The notes under the pieces are model-generated. The model did not search any database and was not told the origin of the DNA. It was given only the letters and a program-made list of their open reading frames with translations. Below, piece after piece: positions 37,181 through 47,807 of a stretch of 64,000 nt of DNA. Both the position numbers and the translations under genes were made by a program. Origin of the DNA: Gemmatimonadota bacterium (GTDB lineage: Bacteria > Gemmatimonadota > Gemmatimonadetes > Palauibacterales > Palauibacteraceae); the NCBI GenBank assembly GCA_039589195.1, contig JBDHHV010000017.1, positions 11,237 through 75,236 on the forward strand, read 5' to 3'. The stretch's first letter is position 1. Every line of letters starts with the position of its first letter.

Positions 37181-39646
37181 ATGGACACGCTTCTCCAGGA
37201 CATTCGCTTCAGCCTCAGGACTCTCAGGAAGAGCCCTGTCTTCACGATCGTTGCCGCGGCGACGCTGGCCCTCGGGATCGGGGCCAACACCGCGGTGTTC
37301 AGCGTCGTGAACGGAGTGCTGCTGCGAGATCTTCCGTACGAGGAGCCCGATCGGTTGACGTTGATCTGGACGAACTTCGGGCCCGACCTGCCCCAGAATT
37401 GGGTGTCTGGGCCCGAGTTCGTGGAGATGCGCGAGTTCCAGACGCAGTTCGAGGATATCGGCGTCGTGGTGCCCACGACCGTGAGCTTCACGGGACAGGG
37501 GGAGCCCGAACAGATCGGCGCGGCCGGCGCGTCGGGCGGGTTCTTCCAGGTTCTGCGCGTGTCGGCCGCGCACGGTCGGCTGTTCGGGCCCGAGGATGAC
37601 ACCCCCGCGTCCGCACCCGTCGCGGTCCTGGATCACGGCTTCTGGCAGCGACGCTTCGGTGGGGAGGAGAGCGTGGTCGGACGAACGCTGACCGCGGATG
37701 GTGTGACGTACACCGTGATCGGGGTGCTGCCGCCGGACTTCCGCGTTCGCCACCCCGATGCACAGTTCCCCGATCGAATCGACATGTGGGCCCCCATGAT
37801 CCCGATCCTCGGGGCCGAGTACGAGCAGTTGGGTCGCGGCGGACACTTCCTGCGCGCGTTCGGGCGCATGAGGCCGGGCGTGAGCCTGGCGCAGGCGGAG
37901 GCCGACATGCACTCCACCGCGGTCCAGATGCAGGAGAGGACACCGCAGTACTACGACGGGGTCGAGGGCTGGGACATCACGGTGCTCTCGCTTCACCAGG
38001 ACCTGGTCGAGGACGTGAAGCCGGCGCTCATCATCCTGCTGGTTGCGGTGCTCTTCGTTCTTCTCATCGCGTGCGTGAACGTGGCCAACCTCCAGCTGAC
38101 CCGTGCGGCCGGGCGAGAGCGCGAGATCGCGTTACGCTCCGCGCTCGGCGCCGGACGCGGCCGCCTCTTCCGGCAGCTCCTCACGGAGAGCCTGGTTCTG
38201 GGGCTGGTCGGGTCCGCGCTCGGTCTGGTGGTGGCGTTCGGTCTGGTCCGGGTCCTCATCGCCGTGGCCCCTGACGCCCTCCCATTGCGGGACGTGATCG
38301 GGATAGACGGAACCGTGCTTCTGTTCACTCTTACCCTCGCCGTAGCCACCGCGCTGCTCTTCGGTCTCGCTCCGGGGCTCGTGTCGCTCAAGAGGTCTCT
38401 GTTCGGGTCCCTGAAGGAGGGTGGACGGGGCAGCACGGCGGGCATCGGTGGTGCGCGGCTCCGGACCGCGCTCGTGGTGTCGGAGATCGCGCTCGCGATC
38501 GTGCTGCTCGTAGGTGCCGGATTGATGATGCACAGCCTCAACCGGCTACTCTCGGCCGATCCGGGCTATTCGACCGAACAACTCATAACCCTGCAGATCT
38601 CGCTCCCCAACAGCCGTTACGATGCGGAAGCGACGCGGTCGTTCTGGGATCGGCTCGTGGAGCGCGCCGAGGCCCTCCCGGGGGTGGACCAGGTGGGCCT
38701 GGTCTCACATCTCCCGTTGAGCGGTGCGTATGCGTCGGGCACGACCAGGGTAGAGCGGTCCGAGGCCATGCAACCGGACCCGGGCGACAACTTCGCCTCC
38801 ATCGAGGCGGAGCGTCGCTGGGTAAGCCCGGAGTATTTCCAGACCATGGGGATCCAACTGATCGCGGGTCGGATGTTCACGATCGCGGACAACATCGACG
38901 CGCCTCTCGTCGCTATTGTCGACGAGGAGTTCGCTCGACGATTCTGGCCCGAAGAGAATCCGATCGGCCAACGGATCAGCATCAACCAGAACGCGGATGG
39001 GCGTGTTTGGCGAGAGGTCGTCGGTCTGGTTCGCCACTCGCGCCACTACGATCCGGGCACGATCGGACGCGAGGCCGCGTACTACCCGTACGCTCAGGCC
39101 GGCGTGAACACCATGTTCCTGGCCGCGCGGACGAGTACCGACCCCGCATCCGTGACCAGCGCGGTGCGTGAGGCGGTCTGGGCCCTGGACCCCGATCAGC
39201 CCGTATCGGACATCCGGACGATGGAGGACCGGGTGGGCGGGGCCGTCGCACAACCTCAATTCAACCTGTGGCTCCTGGCCGCCTTCGCCCTCATCGCACT
39301 CCTCCTGGCCGGGATCGGCATTTACGGCGTCATCGCGTACTCCGTTGGCCAGCGTCGTCACGAGGTCGGCGTGCGGATGGCCCTCGGTGCCGACCGCGCG
39401 GACGTGCGGTCGCTCTTCCTGCGTCAGGGCATGGTGTTGGTCGCCGTGGGCGTGGCACTCGGGGTCGTCGCGGCACTCGGGCTATCGCGGTTGCTCACGA
39501 GCCTCCTGTACGAGGTGAGCCCGGCGGATCCGGTCACGTACATCGCGGTCGCTCTCGTCTTGAGCACCGTGGCGGTGGGCGCGTGCCTGATTCCGGCTAT
39601 GGTTGCAACGCGGGTGGAGCCCGTGTCGGTGCTACGCGAGGAGTAG
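37181..39646 (+). CDS. MacB/FtsX-like duplicated orphan ABC permease (ADOP type), no N-terminal extension
   Basis: [81 protein letters not shown]. Confidence 0.92.
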   Translation: MDTLLQDIRFSLRTLRKSPVFTIVAAATLALGIGANTAVFSVVNGVLLRDLPYEEPDRLTLIWTNFGPDLPQNWVSGPEFVEMREFQTQFEDIGVVVPTTVSFTGQGEPEQIGAAGASGGFFQVLRVSAAHGRLFGPEDDTPASAPVAVLDHGFWQRRFGGEESVVGRTLTADGVTYTVIGVLPPDFRVRHPDAQFPDRIDMWAPMIPILGAEYEQLGRGGHFLRAFGRMRPGVSLAQAEADMHSTAVQMQERTPQYYDGVEGWDITVLSLHQDLVEDVKPALIILLVAVLFVLLIACVNVANLQLTRAAGREREIALRSALGAGRGRLFRQLLTESLVLGLVGSALGLVVAFGLVRVLIAVAPDALPLRDVIGIDGTVLLFTLTLAVATALLFGLAPGLVSLKRSLFGSLKEGGRGSTAGIGGARLRTALVVSEIALAIVLLVGAGLMMHSLNRLLSADPGYSTEQLITLQISLPNSRYDAEATRSFWDRLVERAEALPGVDQVGLVSHLPLSGAYASGTTRVERSEAMQPDPGDNFASIEAERRWVSPEYFQTMGIQLIAGRMFTIADNIDAPLVAIVDEEFARRFWPEENPIGQRISINQNADGRVWREVVGLVRHSRHYDPGTIGREAAYYPYAQAGVNTMFLAARTSTDPASVTSAVREAVWALDPDQPVSDIRTMEDRVGGAVAQPQFNLWLLAAFALIALLLAGIGIYGVIAYSVGQRRHEVGVRMALGADRADVRSLFLRQGMVLVAVGVALGVVAALGLSRLLTSLLYEVSPADPVTYIAVALVLSTVAVGACLIPAMVATRVEPVSVLREE

Positions 39647-39692
39647 CCCGGCAGCCTTCCAATCCGTGCGGGTCGAGCTATCTTCCGGCCCC

Positions 39693-41840
39693 ATGAATCG
39701 AGGCCACCCGGAGTTCACGTTTCGAGTTCAGCACGCTGCGGCGCCCCTCGCCCTGGCGATCTGTGCGCTCGCGCCTTGCTCGATGGCCGGGCAGGCCCCT
39801 GATAGCGTTCGCGCCGAGGCCGAGCGGGACACGCTGCCCGTATATCGAACGAGCGAGATCGCCGTGCAGGTCGCGCGGTCGGTCGCCGCTCTCGCGGGGC
39901 TGCCATACGCGATCAGCGTAGCCGACCGCTCCGCGGTCCAGGTCGGGGAACGCACCGTGTCCCTGGACGAGGCGCTCCGTTTCGTCCCCGGGCTGTTCGT
40001 GCACAACCGTCGCAACTACTCGCTGGGTGACCGGGTCACGGTGCGGGGGCAGGGTGCGCGCGCCCAGTTCGGGGTGCGGGGCGTCCGGGTCCTCGCGGAC
40101 GGGATCCCGCTCACCCTCGCGGACGGCCAGAGCACGCTCACCAACCTGGACCTCGCTTCGGTCGGGCGAGTGGAGGTGATACGTGGATCCGCTTCCGCGC
40201 TGTACGGGAACGCCGGCGGCGGCGTCCTCAGTTACCGAACCGAGCTTCCCGTCGACCAATCCCTGCTTCTGGAGCCGCGGCTTACGGGAGGCAGCCACGG
40301 GTTCCTCCAGACGCGGCTAAAGGCCTCCGGCTCGACGGGCGGTGTCTCGTATCTCGGCAGCCTGAGCTACCTGCGGACGGATGGCTTCCGAGACTTCTCG
40401 GAGGCCGAGGTGTTCCGCGCGAACGTGCGCGTTGCGGGACGTGTCGGCGAGACGGGAGAGGTCCGCGGTCTGCTCAACCTGTACAGCACACCCTTCGCCC
40501 AGAACCCCAGCTCGCTGTCGCTCGAGGACGCTCGCGATAACCCGCGGATGGCACGCTCGTTCATCATCTCCCAGGGCTCCGGCGAGGACGCGACGCAGGG
40601 ACAGGGCGGAGTGGCGCTCGATCTCCCGCTCGGTGAGACGGCGCGTTTTCGGGCTACGGCGTGGGGACTGTGGCGCGATCTGTGGAACCCGATCCCGGGC
40701 CGCATTATCCAGATCGACCGGCTCGGGGGCGGCTTCCGGTCGGAGGTCGCCGGCAGCCTCGGGCGGGACATCAGTTGGGTGGGGGGGGTCGATCTCGAGC
40801 TCCAGCGCGACGAGCGCATGGAATCGGAGAACCTGGGCGTCGACGAAGACGTGCCGGAGAGTCGGGCGCAGGAGGGCGAGCTGCTCCTCGACCAGCGTGA
40901 GCGCGTGCTGGGTCTGGGACCGTTCCTTCGCGTCGGCGTCGAACTGGGGGAGCGCTGGACGCTCACGCTGGGGGGCCGGCTCGACGTGTATCACTTCGAG
41001 GCGGACGATCGCCTTCTCACGGATGGCGACGACTCCGGGAAACGCACGTTCACCGAGTTCAGCCCGACTGCCGGCCTAGCCTTCGAAGCTACCGACTGGC
41101 TCCAGGTGTACGGCAACTTCTCGACGGCCTTTCAGACCCCTACCACGAGCGAGCTCTCGAACCAGCCGGACGGTTCCGGAGGGTTCAACCCCGATCTCGA
41201 GCCGGAGAGGATCGTGGGTGGCGAGCTCGGCGTGCGGGGCTCCTTCCAGGATGCTCGCCTCGGGTACGGGGTCTCGGCCTTTCTGGCCAACGTCAAGGAC
41301 GCGCTGATCCCGTTCGAGGGCCCGACCGAGGAGGTGTTCTTCCGGAACGCGGGCGAAGTGGGGCGGTCCGGTGTCGAGGTCGCCGTCGGTTGGCAGCCCC
41401 ACTCCGCCTGGCGCGTGGAGCTCGCGCAAACGATCCAGCGGCTGCGCTTCGAGGAGTTCGAGGTCGACGGTGACGATCTTGCCGGCAAGGACGAGCCGGG
41501 GGTCCCGAACCACTGGCTCACGCTCGGACTCACGCATACGCCGGATCTCGGGCTCAGGACCGAGGTCAACTTCCGGTGGGTGGACGCATACCCGGTGGAC
41601 GATGCCAACACGGCCTTCAACGACTCGTATCGGGTCGTCGATCTCCGCCTGTCACTCGACCGCACCCAGCGTGGGTGGCCGCTGCGCATGTTCCTGGGTA
41701 TCGACAACCTGTTCGATGAACGCTACAACGGATCCGTCGTCCCGAACGCGTTTGGTGCCCGCTACTACGAGCCGGCCCCCGGGTTCGAGGTGTACGGTGG
41801 AGTCAGCTGGCCGATCGGCTCGACGCGGGGCTCTCCCTAG
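39693..41840 (+). CDS. TonB-dependent receptor (YncD-like)
   Basis: Plug motifs SLDEALRFVPG, VRGQG...FGVRGVRVLADGIP, RVEVIRGSASALYGNAGGGV. Barrel motifs NPDLEPE, GIDNLFDERY. C-terminal W. Confidence 0.92.
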   Translation: MNRGHPEFTFRVQHAAAPLALAICALAPCSMAGQAPDSVRAEAERDTLPVYRTSEIAVQVARSVAALAGLPYAISVADRSAVQVGERTVSLDEALRFVPGLFVHNRRNYSLGDRVTVRGQGARAQFGVRGVRVLADGIPLTLADGQSTLTNLDLASVGRVEVIRGSASALYGNAGGGVLSYRTELPVDQSLLLEPRLTGGSHGFLQTRLKASGSTGGVSYLGSLSYLRTDGFRDFSEAEVFRANVRVAGRVGETGEVRGLLNLYSTPFAQNPSSLSLEDARDNPRMARSFIISQGSGEDATQGQGGVALDLPLGETARFRATAWGLWRDLWNPIPGRIIQIDRLGGGFRSEVAGSLGRDISWVGGVDLELQRDERMESENLGVDEDVPESRAQEGELLLDQRERVLGLGPFLRVGVELGERWTLTLGGRLDVYHFEADDRLLTDGDDSGKRTFTEFSPTAGLAFEATDWLQVYGNFSTAFQTPTTSELSNQPDGSGGFNPDLEPERIVGGELGVRGSFQDARLGYGVSAFLANVKDALIPFEGPTEEVFFRNAGEVGRSGVEVAVGWQPHSAWRVELAQTIQRLRFEEFEVDGDDLAGKDEPGVPNHWLTLGLTHTPDLGLRTEVNFRWVDAYPVDDANTAFNDSYRVVDLRLSLDRTQRGWPLRMFLGIDNLFDERYNGSVVPNAFGARYYEPAPGFEVYGGVSWPIGSTRGSP

Positions 41841-41944
41841 CGGGGCTCTCCCCAACCAAGGCTCCCGCAAGCAGCTCTCCCTGGCGTGGCTCCCTCGGGG
41901 GCTCCCGCCCTTCGCTCGGAAACGGACCGTCACACGAGAAGAGA

Positions 41945-41976
41945 ACGGGCTCCCGGGAGGGATCCCGGAAGCCCGT
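41945..41976 (-). terminator. Probable terminator between convergent genes
   Basis: 14-bp stem (one G-U pair) acgggcttccggga-tccc-tcccgggagcccgt on the minus strand, followed by TCTCTTCTC. Confidence 0.55.
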
Positions 41977-42055
41977 CGTTCTGGAGCTGCCGCCTGGACG
42001 CGCCCTCGGACGCGGCTGCGCCCTCAGACCCGGCCGGCCGGAGTCGACGTCCGCG

Positions 42056-44503
42056 CTACGGCCTCAGTACCAGGTTCAGGTACATGCGCACACCCGGCAC
42101 CGCCGTCCCGCCTGTCGGCGCATTCCCGATCGCGATCCGCATGAACATCCCGATCGTGTCGCCGGGGTTCACGCAGAAGTCCTGGGTCTCGCCCGAGCAC
42201 AGCGGGTGCTTGAGCTCATACCAGATGAACTCGTCGGATGGATCGGAGCCATCGAACCCGATGCTCCCCCCACCGTCCTGGCCAGCGTCTGTGGCCCCGC
42301 AGATCGCGCTGCCCGTGAGGCAAGTGGACTCCAGGTAGCGATCGACGAACGTCTGCGTCGTCGAGCCCCTGACCTTCTCCTGGCCGATCTCGAACAAGTC
42401 GTCGTTCACATCGGCCGTGCCATCGGACAAGCCCCCCACATCGAACTCGTACGCGACGGCCGTGTTATCCTCGGACGAAGGCCGCGGGAGCTTGAACCCG
42501 AGGTAAAGGTCCGTGCCGTCATGCAGCCAGTAGAGCGTGCCGTCCGGCTGCGTTCCGGGTCCCCCGCCGGACAGATTCAGCGGCCCGATCGACATCGAGT
42601 CCGCGCAGTTCGGATCCGTCCAAACGCCATCGCGGCTCCCGTCGGTCACGTCCGGGGTGGCGCACACCTGAGCCTCGAACTCGACCACGAGGTCGTTCGC
42701 CCACACCGGCACCGACGTGGAGGAGGCCGGCAGGAACGTGTCGAGTCCGGGCACCGGCCCGTTCGGGAACCCGCTCGGGCCCGGGCCTACGGTTCCCGGC
42801 GGGGTGTCGCTCTCCGTGTCGCCGGGCTCCAGATCGCACGGGCCGGCATCCCCCGGAAAGCCGCTTCCCGTGGTTTCGAGGGTGCCACTCACGGCGATCC
42901 CGCACCCGAGCGCCCACAGCTTGGTCCTGTCATCGCCGATCGTCCACGCCACCTGCACCAGGCCCGTAGATCCCGTCGTGAAGTCGACGTGCGCCAGGCT
43001 GTTGGTTCCGTGCACCTGGCCCGCCACGCACGTCGCTTCGGGGCCGTACTTCGCGATTGATGCCGGGTCGCCCGGGGCGAGATCCGCCGGACAGGCGACC
43101 CCGACGGCACCGGGATCATCCGCATCGGGCTCGGCGAACACGTGCACCGTGGCCCCTTCGTCGGCCATGCCCTGCGGGCCCACCGGGTCTCCCACTTCGT
43201 CGAACACGGACAGCTGTACATCGGTCGTGCCGAAGGCCGCCACGTTGGGCGTCAAGGTGGTCGAGTTCAGCATCGCCGCCGGCCGAGCGATCACGAAGTC
43301 GCTGCCGGGCGAGACGCCACCCAGATCTCCACCGGCGCTGCCGTGCCCGACTGCGCCGGTTGCCACCAGCTCACGTACGCCGAACACGCCGGCGAGCCTG
43401 TCGAACACGTGCTTCAGGATGGTGGGCTCCGTCGCTACCGTGGCGCAGGCGGCAGGATCGACGGGGGGCAAACTCAGGATCCCCTGGTCGTCCACCATGT
43501 GGATCGTGGCGACGTCCTCGAGGGCCGGATCGATGGCCGGGAACGGGTTGTCGCCGCCCTCGAACAGGATGCAGGAGCCGTCGGCCAGCGTGACCGCGTC
43601 GCTGAACGTGAAGTTCTTGCAGGTCCACGTCGGGATGTCCATCAGCGCCGAGGGCAGGAGGATTCGACCATCGGGCGCCGTGGCACCCTCGCAGTCCGAG
43701 ATGCCGGTGATCGTAACCACGCCACCCTGGCTGTTCGGTGCGACGATGAGTGTCGTCTCGTCCAGGGTCAGTTCCGCCCCGCGATTCATGTCGGCGACGC
43801 ACTGGACGAAGTCCTCTCCGGACGCGGTCCCGAAGCAGGAGCCGCCCGAGTCGTCGAGGAGGAAATTGATGTTCTGGTTGCTACCGCTTCGGATGTACAG
43901 GATCTGGTTGTTCAGCGGCTGACCCTGGGACGGATCGTCGGTCACTCCGAAGTCCCGGAAGCCGAGGTCGACGCTCGACGTTCCGACCTGCAGGCTGACC
44001 CAAACCCGCCACAGCTCCTGCGTGGTTTGCCCCCTCAATCTCGGGGTCCTCCATTGCGTCTGGTAGAAGGTACCGGTCGCGTCCGTCTTGACGATCACCG
44101 GCGATGCGCCGCTGATGTCGACGGTGCCGCTCCCACCGCTGTCGGGCACGTAGTCGCCGGTGATCGCGTCGATCGTGAACCGGTACGCCATGACCTTGAG
44201 GCCGCTCTCGAAACCCGATACGAACGCGCCCGTGGGCGGTGTCGCGGCCGTGGACGCACGGAAGAAGAAGCCGGCGGTCCCGACGTGGTGGTCCGGGTCC
44301 CGCATGTCGGCGTAAGCGTCGCACGGCGACTCCTGGCTACTGAGGCCGGGAGCACCGGCGGGATCCGGCATGCAGGTGGTGGAGCCGCCGGCAACGTGCG
44401 TGGCGGCGATGGGCAACGACTCCGGACCCGCCGGAGAACGCTCGGAGTCACTACAGGCTACGACGAGCGTAGCGCACAGACCTGCAAGTAGCAGGCGTTT
44501 CAT
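42056..44503 (-). CDS. Large Cys-rich surface lipoprotein with C-terminal DOMON/CBM9-like domain (815 aa)
   Basis: Lipobox LVVAC. Beta-rich, acidic, many Cys. C-terminal GTLYWLHDGTDLYLGF...AVAYEFD...FIWYELKHPL resembles DOMON. AAGGAG upstream. Confidence 0.6.
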   Translation of the reverse strand: MKRLLLAGLCATLVVACSDSERSPAGPESLPIAATHVAGGSTTCMPDPAGAPGLSSQESPCDAYADMRDPDHHVGTAGFFFRASTAATPPTGAFVSGFESGLKVMAYRFTIDAITGDYVPDSGGSGTVDISGASPVIVKTDATGTFYQTQWRTPRLRGQTTQELWRVWVSLQVGTSSVDLGFRDFGVTDDPSQGQPLNNQILYIRSGSNQNINFLLDDSGGSCFGTASGEDFVQCVADMNRGAELTLDETTLIVAPNSQGGVVTITGISDCEGATAPDGRILLPSALMDIPTWTCKNFTFSDAVTLADGSCILFEGGDNPFPAIDPALEDVATIHMVDDQGILSLPPVDPAACATVATEPTILKHVFDRLAGVFGVRELVATGAVGHGSAGGDLGGVSPGSDFVIARPAAMLNSTTLTPNVAAFGTTDVQLSVFDEVGDPVGPQGMADEGATVHVFAEPDADDPGAVGVACPADLAPGDPASIAKYGPEATCVAGQVHGTNSLAHVDFTTGSTGLVQVAWTIGDDRTKLWALGCGIAVSGTLETTGSGFPGDAGPCDLEPGDTESDTPPGTVGPGPSGFPNGPVPGLDTFLPASSTSVPVWANDLVVEFEAQVCATPDVTDGSRDGVWTDPNCADSMSIGPLNLSGGGPGTQPDGTLYWLHDGTDLYLGFKLPRPSSEDNTAVAYEFDVGGLSDGTADVNDDLFEIGQEKVRGSTTQTFVDRYLESTCLTGSAICGATDAGQDGGGSIGFDGSDPSDEFIWYELKHPLCSGETQDFCVNPGDTIGMFMRIAIGNAPTGGTAVPGVRMYLNLVLRP

Positions 44504-44723
44504 ACACAAGCTCCTTGGAGACGAGGGAGAAAGAAGACGACCAGTAACGGGACCGCGACTGCTCAGAGACGGCCGCGAATGTGCACCGTGTAAGAGGAAG
44601 CCGCAAGCCCGCAGTATTTAAAGACTTGCCGGTCTCTTATTCCGCAATGCGATCATGCTCTCCGACGGAGGGCCCGGGTTACCGGTTTGGTCGGGAGAGT
44701 CGTGGCGGCGAGTCGAGGGGAGG

Positions 44724-46571
44724 CTACTCTCTGCTCGTGAGCACCCGGAAGTCGGGGCGGTCCCGCAGGGAGCGCCAGTTCCAGTGCAGCTGTCCTCCGA
44801 CCTCGAAGGAGTGCGCGGGGTTGGCCGCCACGTACCGCTTGAGCAGCTCCATGGCCCCATCGGGGTCCCCGGTGGTCGCGAGGATGCGGGCTTCCAGCAC
44901 CATGAGATCCTCGTTCGGATCGATATCCCCCTCCGCACGACCCAAGGGCAGTACGCTCGAAGCGCTGTCAGCCAGCCCCGCCTTCCTGAGGATACCGGCC
45001 ACCAGGAGATACCCCTTCCGCTCCTCGATCGGACGCGGCCCGGCGTCGAGGACGTCCTGGAGCTCGGCGTGAAGCTCCCAGGCGACGTCGGGATCGGCCT
45101 CCTCGGACGGGGCGAGCATGAGCCACAGCTGGCACTGGATGAAGTCGTGGTCGTCAGGGAATCGGAGGTGCCCCGCCTCGCACCACTGTCGAGCATCGTT
45201 GAACTGCTCCAGGTCGTAGTGCGCCCAGAAGAGGCGACCGAGGACCTGGTCCGCGTTCTGTAGGAATGCATCCTCCTCGTAGGCTCGCCGCGCCGCCAGC
45301 GCGACCGAGGCGTTGTCGGCCCTCTGCATGTACAGGTGGCTGAGCATGGACCAGGCGCTCGCCAGCGACGGGTCCACATCCACCGCATCCTCCAGGTCGG
45401 CCTGGGCGTCGTCCAGCAGGCGGTCCGCCTCGTCCGCATCCTCGACGGCGTCGAGGAGCCAAAGGATATAGCGGAGCGTACCCCGCGCCTCGTGGGCGTC
45501 CGGGTCCCTGGTGGCGATGGCCAGAGCTTGCTCGGCGTGAGGCAGCCCGGCGCGAAGCTCCGCCGCGCCGGTCTCGTAGTCGCCTTTGAGGGCGGCCCAG
45601 ATCCAGCCGCGCCGGAACGCGACATCGGCCCTGAGCACGGACGGCTGGGTCCAGGTGGGGTCGATGGTGCCCGCCAGGGCCAGCAGCGAATCCGCGTCGC
45701 TCAGCGCGGCGAGCGCGGCGTCCAGCTCGTCACTGTCCCGCAGCTCGGTGGATTGCTTGCGCAGCCGCTCGGCCCTCTGAACGAAGGACCAGGCCTCGAC
45801 GCTGGAGGTTCCCGATTTGCGCTCGCGGAGGCGAACCTCCTCGCCCAAGCGCTCGCGCAGGAAGCCCGAGATGCTCTGGGCCACCGAGTCCCGCGCGGCG
45901 AGAAGCTCCTCGGCTGGCAGCTCGAAGCTCTCCCGCTCGATATCCGCACCGCTCAGACCATCGACCAGTCGAGCGGTCACCCGCAAGCGATCCCTGCGCG
46001 GTTCGACGCTCCCCTGGATCAGGCTCCCGACCCGGAGGGCGCGGGCGATGCTGTCGGGCGGAAGCTCGAGATCACGAAACGGCGCAACGCCGTTGGTCGA
46101 GACGACATCCAGGGCTCGGACCTGGGATAGTCGCTCGATCAGCGCCTCTGTGAGACCGTCTGCGGCGAACCTGAGCTCGCCATCCGCGCTCAGGTCCTCG
46201 AAGTAGAGCACCGCGACGGAGCGCGGGTCGAGACCCGCAGCGGCCGCCTCCTCGGCCGAGACAGCCGCCCCGCGATAGTTGCCGATCAGAATGCCGGAAA
46301 TCGTCAGGGCCGCGACCAGCATTATCCCCTGGAGCCAGATCTCCAGCTTGGGGGGCTTCTGAGCCCCTTTCTCGCCGTGGAACCAGGCCAGGATGAGCGT
46401 GCCCGGGATCCCGAACAGATAGAAGACGAGGGCGACCCGATAGGCGACTCCGGGGAGGATGGAGTTCCCCACGAGCTGGTCGACGCCCTCCAGCGCCAGG
46501 AAGCCACCGGCGATGTACGCCCCCAGCCACGGGAAGACGCGCCGCCGGCGCAGATTTTCAGACAGACCCAT
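44724..46571 (-). CDS. Membrane-anchored TolB-N/FlgO-like plus TPR protein (putative signalling protein)
   Basis: N-terminal LRRRRVF...AYIAGG...LILAWF TM hairpin, SVAVLYFEDLS, ADGLTEALIERLS, IQGSV...RVTARLVD, then TPR helices. Confidence 0.8.
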   Translation of the reverse strand: MGLSENLRRRRVFPWLGAYIAGGFLALEGVDQLVGNSILPGVAYRVALVFYLFGIPGTLILAWFHGEKGAQKPPKLEIWLQGIMLVAALTISGILIGNYRGAAVSAEEAAAAGLDPRSVAVLYFEDLSADGELRFAADGLTEALIERLSQVRALDVVSTNGVAPFRDLELPPDSIARALRVGSLIQGSVEPRRDRLRVTARLVDGLSGADIERESFELPAEELLAARDSVAQSISGFLRERLGEEVRLRERKSGTSSVEAWSFVQRAERLRKQSTELRDSDELDAALAALSDADSLLALAGTIDPTWTQPSVLRADVAFRRGWIWAALKGDYETGAAELRAGLPHAEQALAIATRDPDAHEARGTLRYILWLLDAVEDADEADRLLDDAQADLEDAVDVDPSLASAWSMLSHLYMQRADNASVALAARRAYEEDAFLQNADQVLGRLFWAHYDLEQFNDARQWCEAGHLRFPDDHDFIQCQLWLMLAPSEEADPDVAWELHAELQDVLDAGPRPIEERKGYLLVAGILRKAGLADSASSVLPLGRAEGDIDPNEDLMVLEARILATTGDPDGAMELLKRYVAANPAHSFEVGGQLHWNWRSLRDRPDFRVLTSRE

Positions 46572-46774
46572 GTACACTCACGGTACGGAGACGAGTTCGA
46601 CCCAAGGATGCGCGCACTCCGCGGAGGTGTCAACTTGGAGGATGGCCGGTCGGGCCAGGTGAGCCGAGCAGTCTCGGGTACGAGCTCGCTGGCCGTGGCG
46701 CACGCGTTTCTGGCGCGTGTATCATCGGGTCGCGAGTTTCAGTTCGTCACTGCCGTTCACCGAAAGGTCCCTCT

Positions 46775-47320
46775 ATGCGCCGCATCCTGTTCCTCACAGT
46801 CACGCTCGCCGCCTGCTCCGCTGAGACTCCGAATATCGACGCCGAATCCCAAAGTCCGGCGCAGGCAGATGCCGCGGCTACCCCGAGCGAGTCTCCGGGC
46901 GAGCCCGTCACGGATCCCCGAGACGTCGCGTTCGCGCCGGAGTTGCAGATCGACCTGGCCGCGATGGAGAGGCGGGCGAGCGGGCTCTACGTACAGGTGC
47001 TGGCCGAAGGCGAGGGACCGGCGGCGGTGTCCGGGGATGCCATGGGCGTCGACTACACCGTGTGGCTCTCGGATGGCAGGGTGCTCGACTCGAGCTTTGA
47101 TCACACACCCCCGGCACCGCTCCCGATGGTCCTGAACGAGACGAGTCTGATAACCGGGTGGACGGAAGGTGTGACCGGGATGCGATTGGGTGAGAAGCGC
47201 CGACTGGTGGTCCCATTCGACCTGGCGTACGGAGCGGCGGGCCGCCCGGGCGTGCCACCGTACGCGACGCTCGTGTTCGAGGTGGAGCTCGCGATCCACA
47301 CACCGGGCGGCGGCCCGTAG
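46775..47320 (+). CDS. FKBP-type peptidyl-prolyl isomerase lipoprotein
   Basis: Lipobox LAAC. GEG..A..GD, VDYTVWLSDG..LDSS, ITGWTEGVTGM..GEKRRL, PFDLAYG, LVFEVEL. Confidence 0.93.
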   Translation: MRRILFLTVTLAACSAETPNIDAESQSPAQADAAATPSESPGEPVTDPRDVAFAPELQIDLAAMERRASGLYVQVLAEGEGPAAVSGDAMGVDYTVWLSDGRVLDSSFDHTPPAPLPMVLNETSLITGWTEGVTGMRLGEKRRLVVPFDLAYGAAGRPGVPPYATLVFEVELAIHTPGGGP

Positions 47321-47386
47321 CGGCCCCCGGGCTCGTTTCGCGGCGGGCCCCGTGGATCTTTTCCTCTCCTTTCCTGTACCTGCGTC

Positions 47387-47407
47387 ATCAATACATTGTT
47401 CATTGAT
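47387..47407. promoter_or_regulatory. Putative PadR operator (ATCAAT-N9-ATTGAT)
   Basis: AT-rich inverted repeat 13 nt upstream of the PadR start. Confidence 0.55.
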
Positions 47408-47420
47408 ACATGAACCGGAG

Positions 47421-47783
47421 ATGGACGTGCGTGACCCGAGAGACCTCCTGCCGCTAACTCCGTTGTGGTACAACATCCTGCTCGCGCTGACGGACGAAGT
47501 CCGGCACGGGTATGCGATCATCAAGGAGATCGAGAGCCGAACCCGCGGGAGCATGGTCCCGGCGACGGGAACCGTGTATCTGGCTCTCCAGCGCCTCCTC
47601 GAGGAGGGGCTCATCGTCGAGGAGCCCGCGGAGCCCCCAAAAGACCGCCGGCGCCGGCGGCGATACGCGCTCACCCCGTTCGCGCGCGAGGTCATCGCCG
47701 CGGAGACCGAGCGCATCGCGATGCAAATCAAGGTGGCGGTCGAAAAGGGGGCCGTCCCGCACTCCGTGCTCGAATCCTCCTGA
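47421..47783 (+). CDS. PadR-family regulator (LPLTP...ILLAL subtype)
   Basis: ILLAL...RHGYAIIKEI, GTVYLALQRLLEEGLI, RRRYALTPF. Confidence 0.9.
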   Translation: MDVRDPRDLLPLTPLWYNILLALTDEVRHGYAIIKEIESRTRGSMVPATGTVYLALQRLLEEGLIVEEPAEPPKDRRRRRRYALTPFAREVIAAETERIAMQIKVAVEKGAVPHSVLESS

Positions 47784-47807
47784 CCGTCCCCCGATCGCAC
47801 TGAGCTC

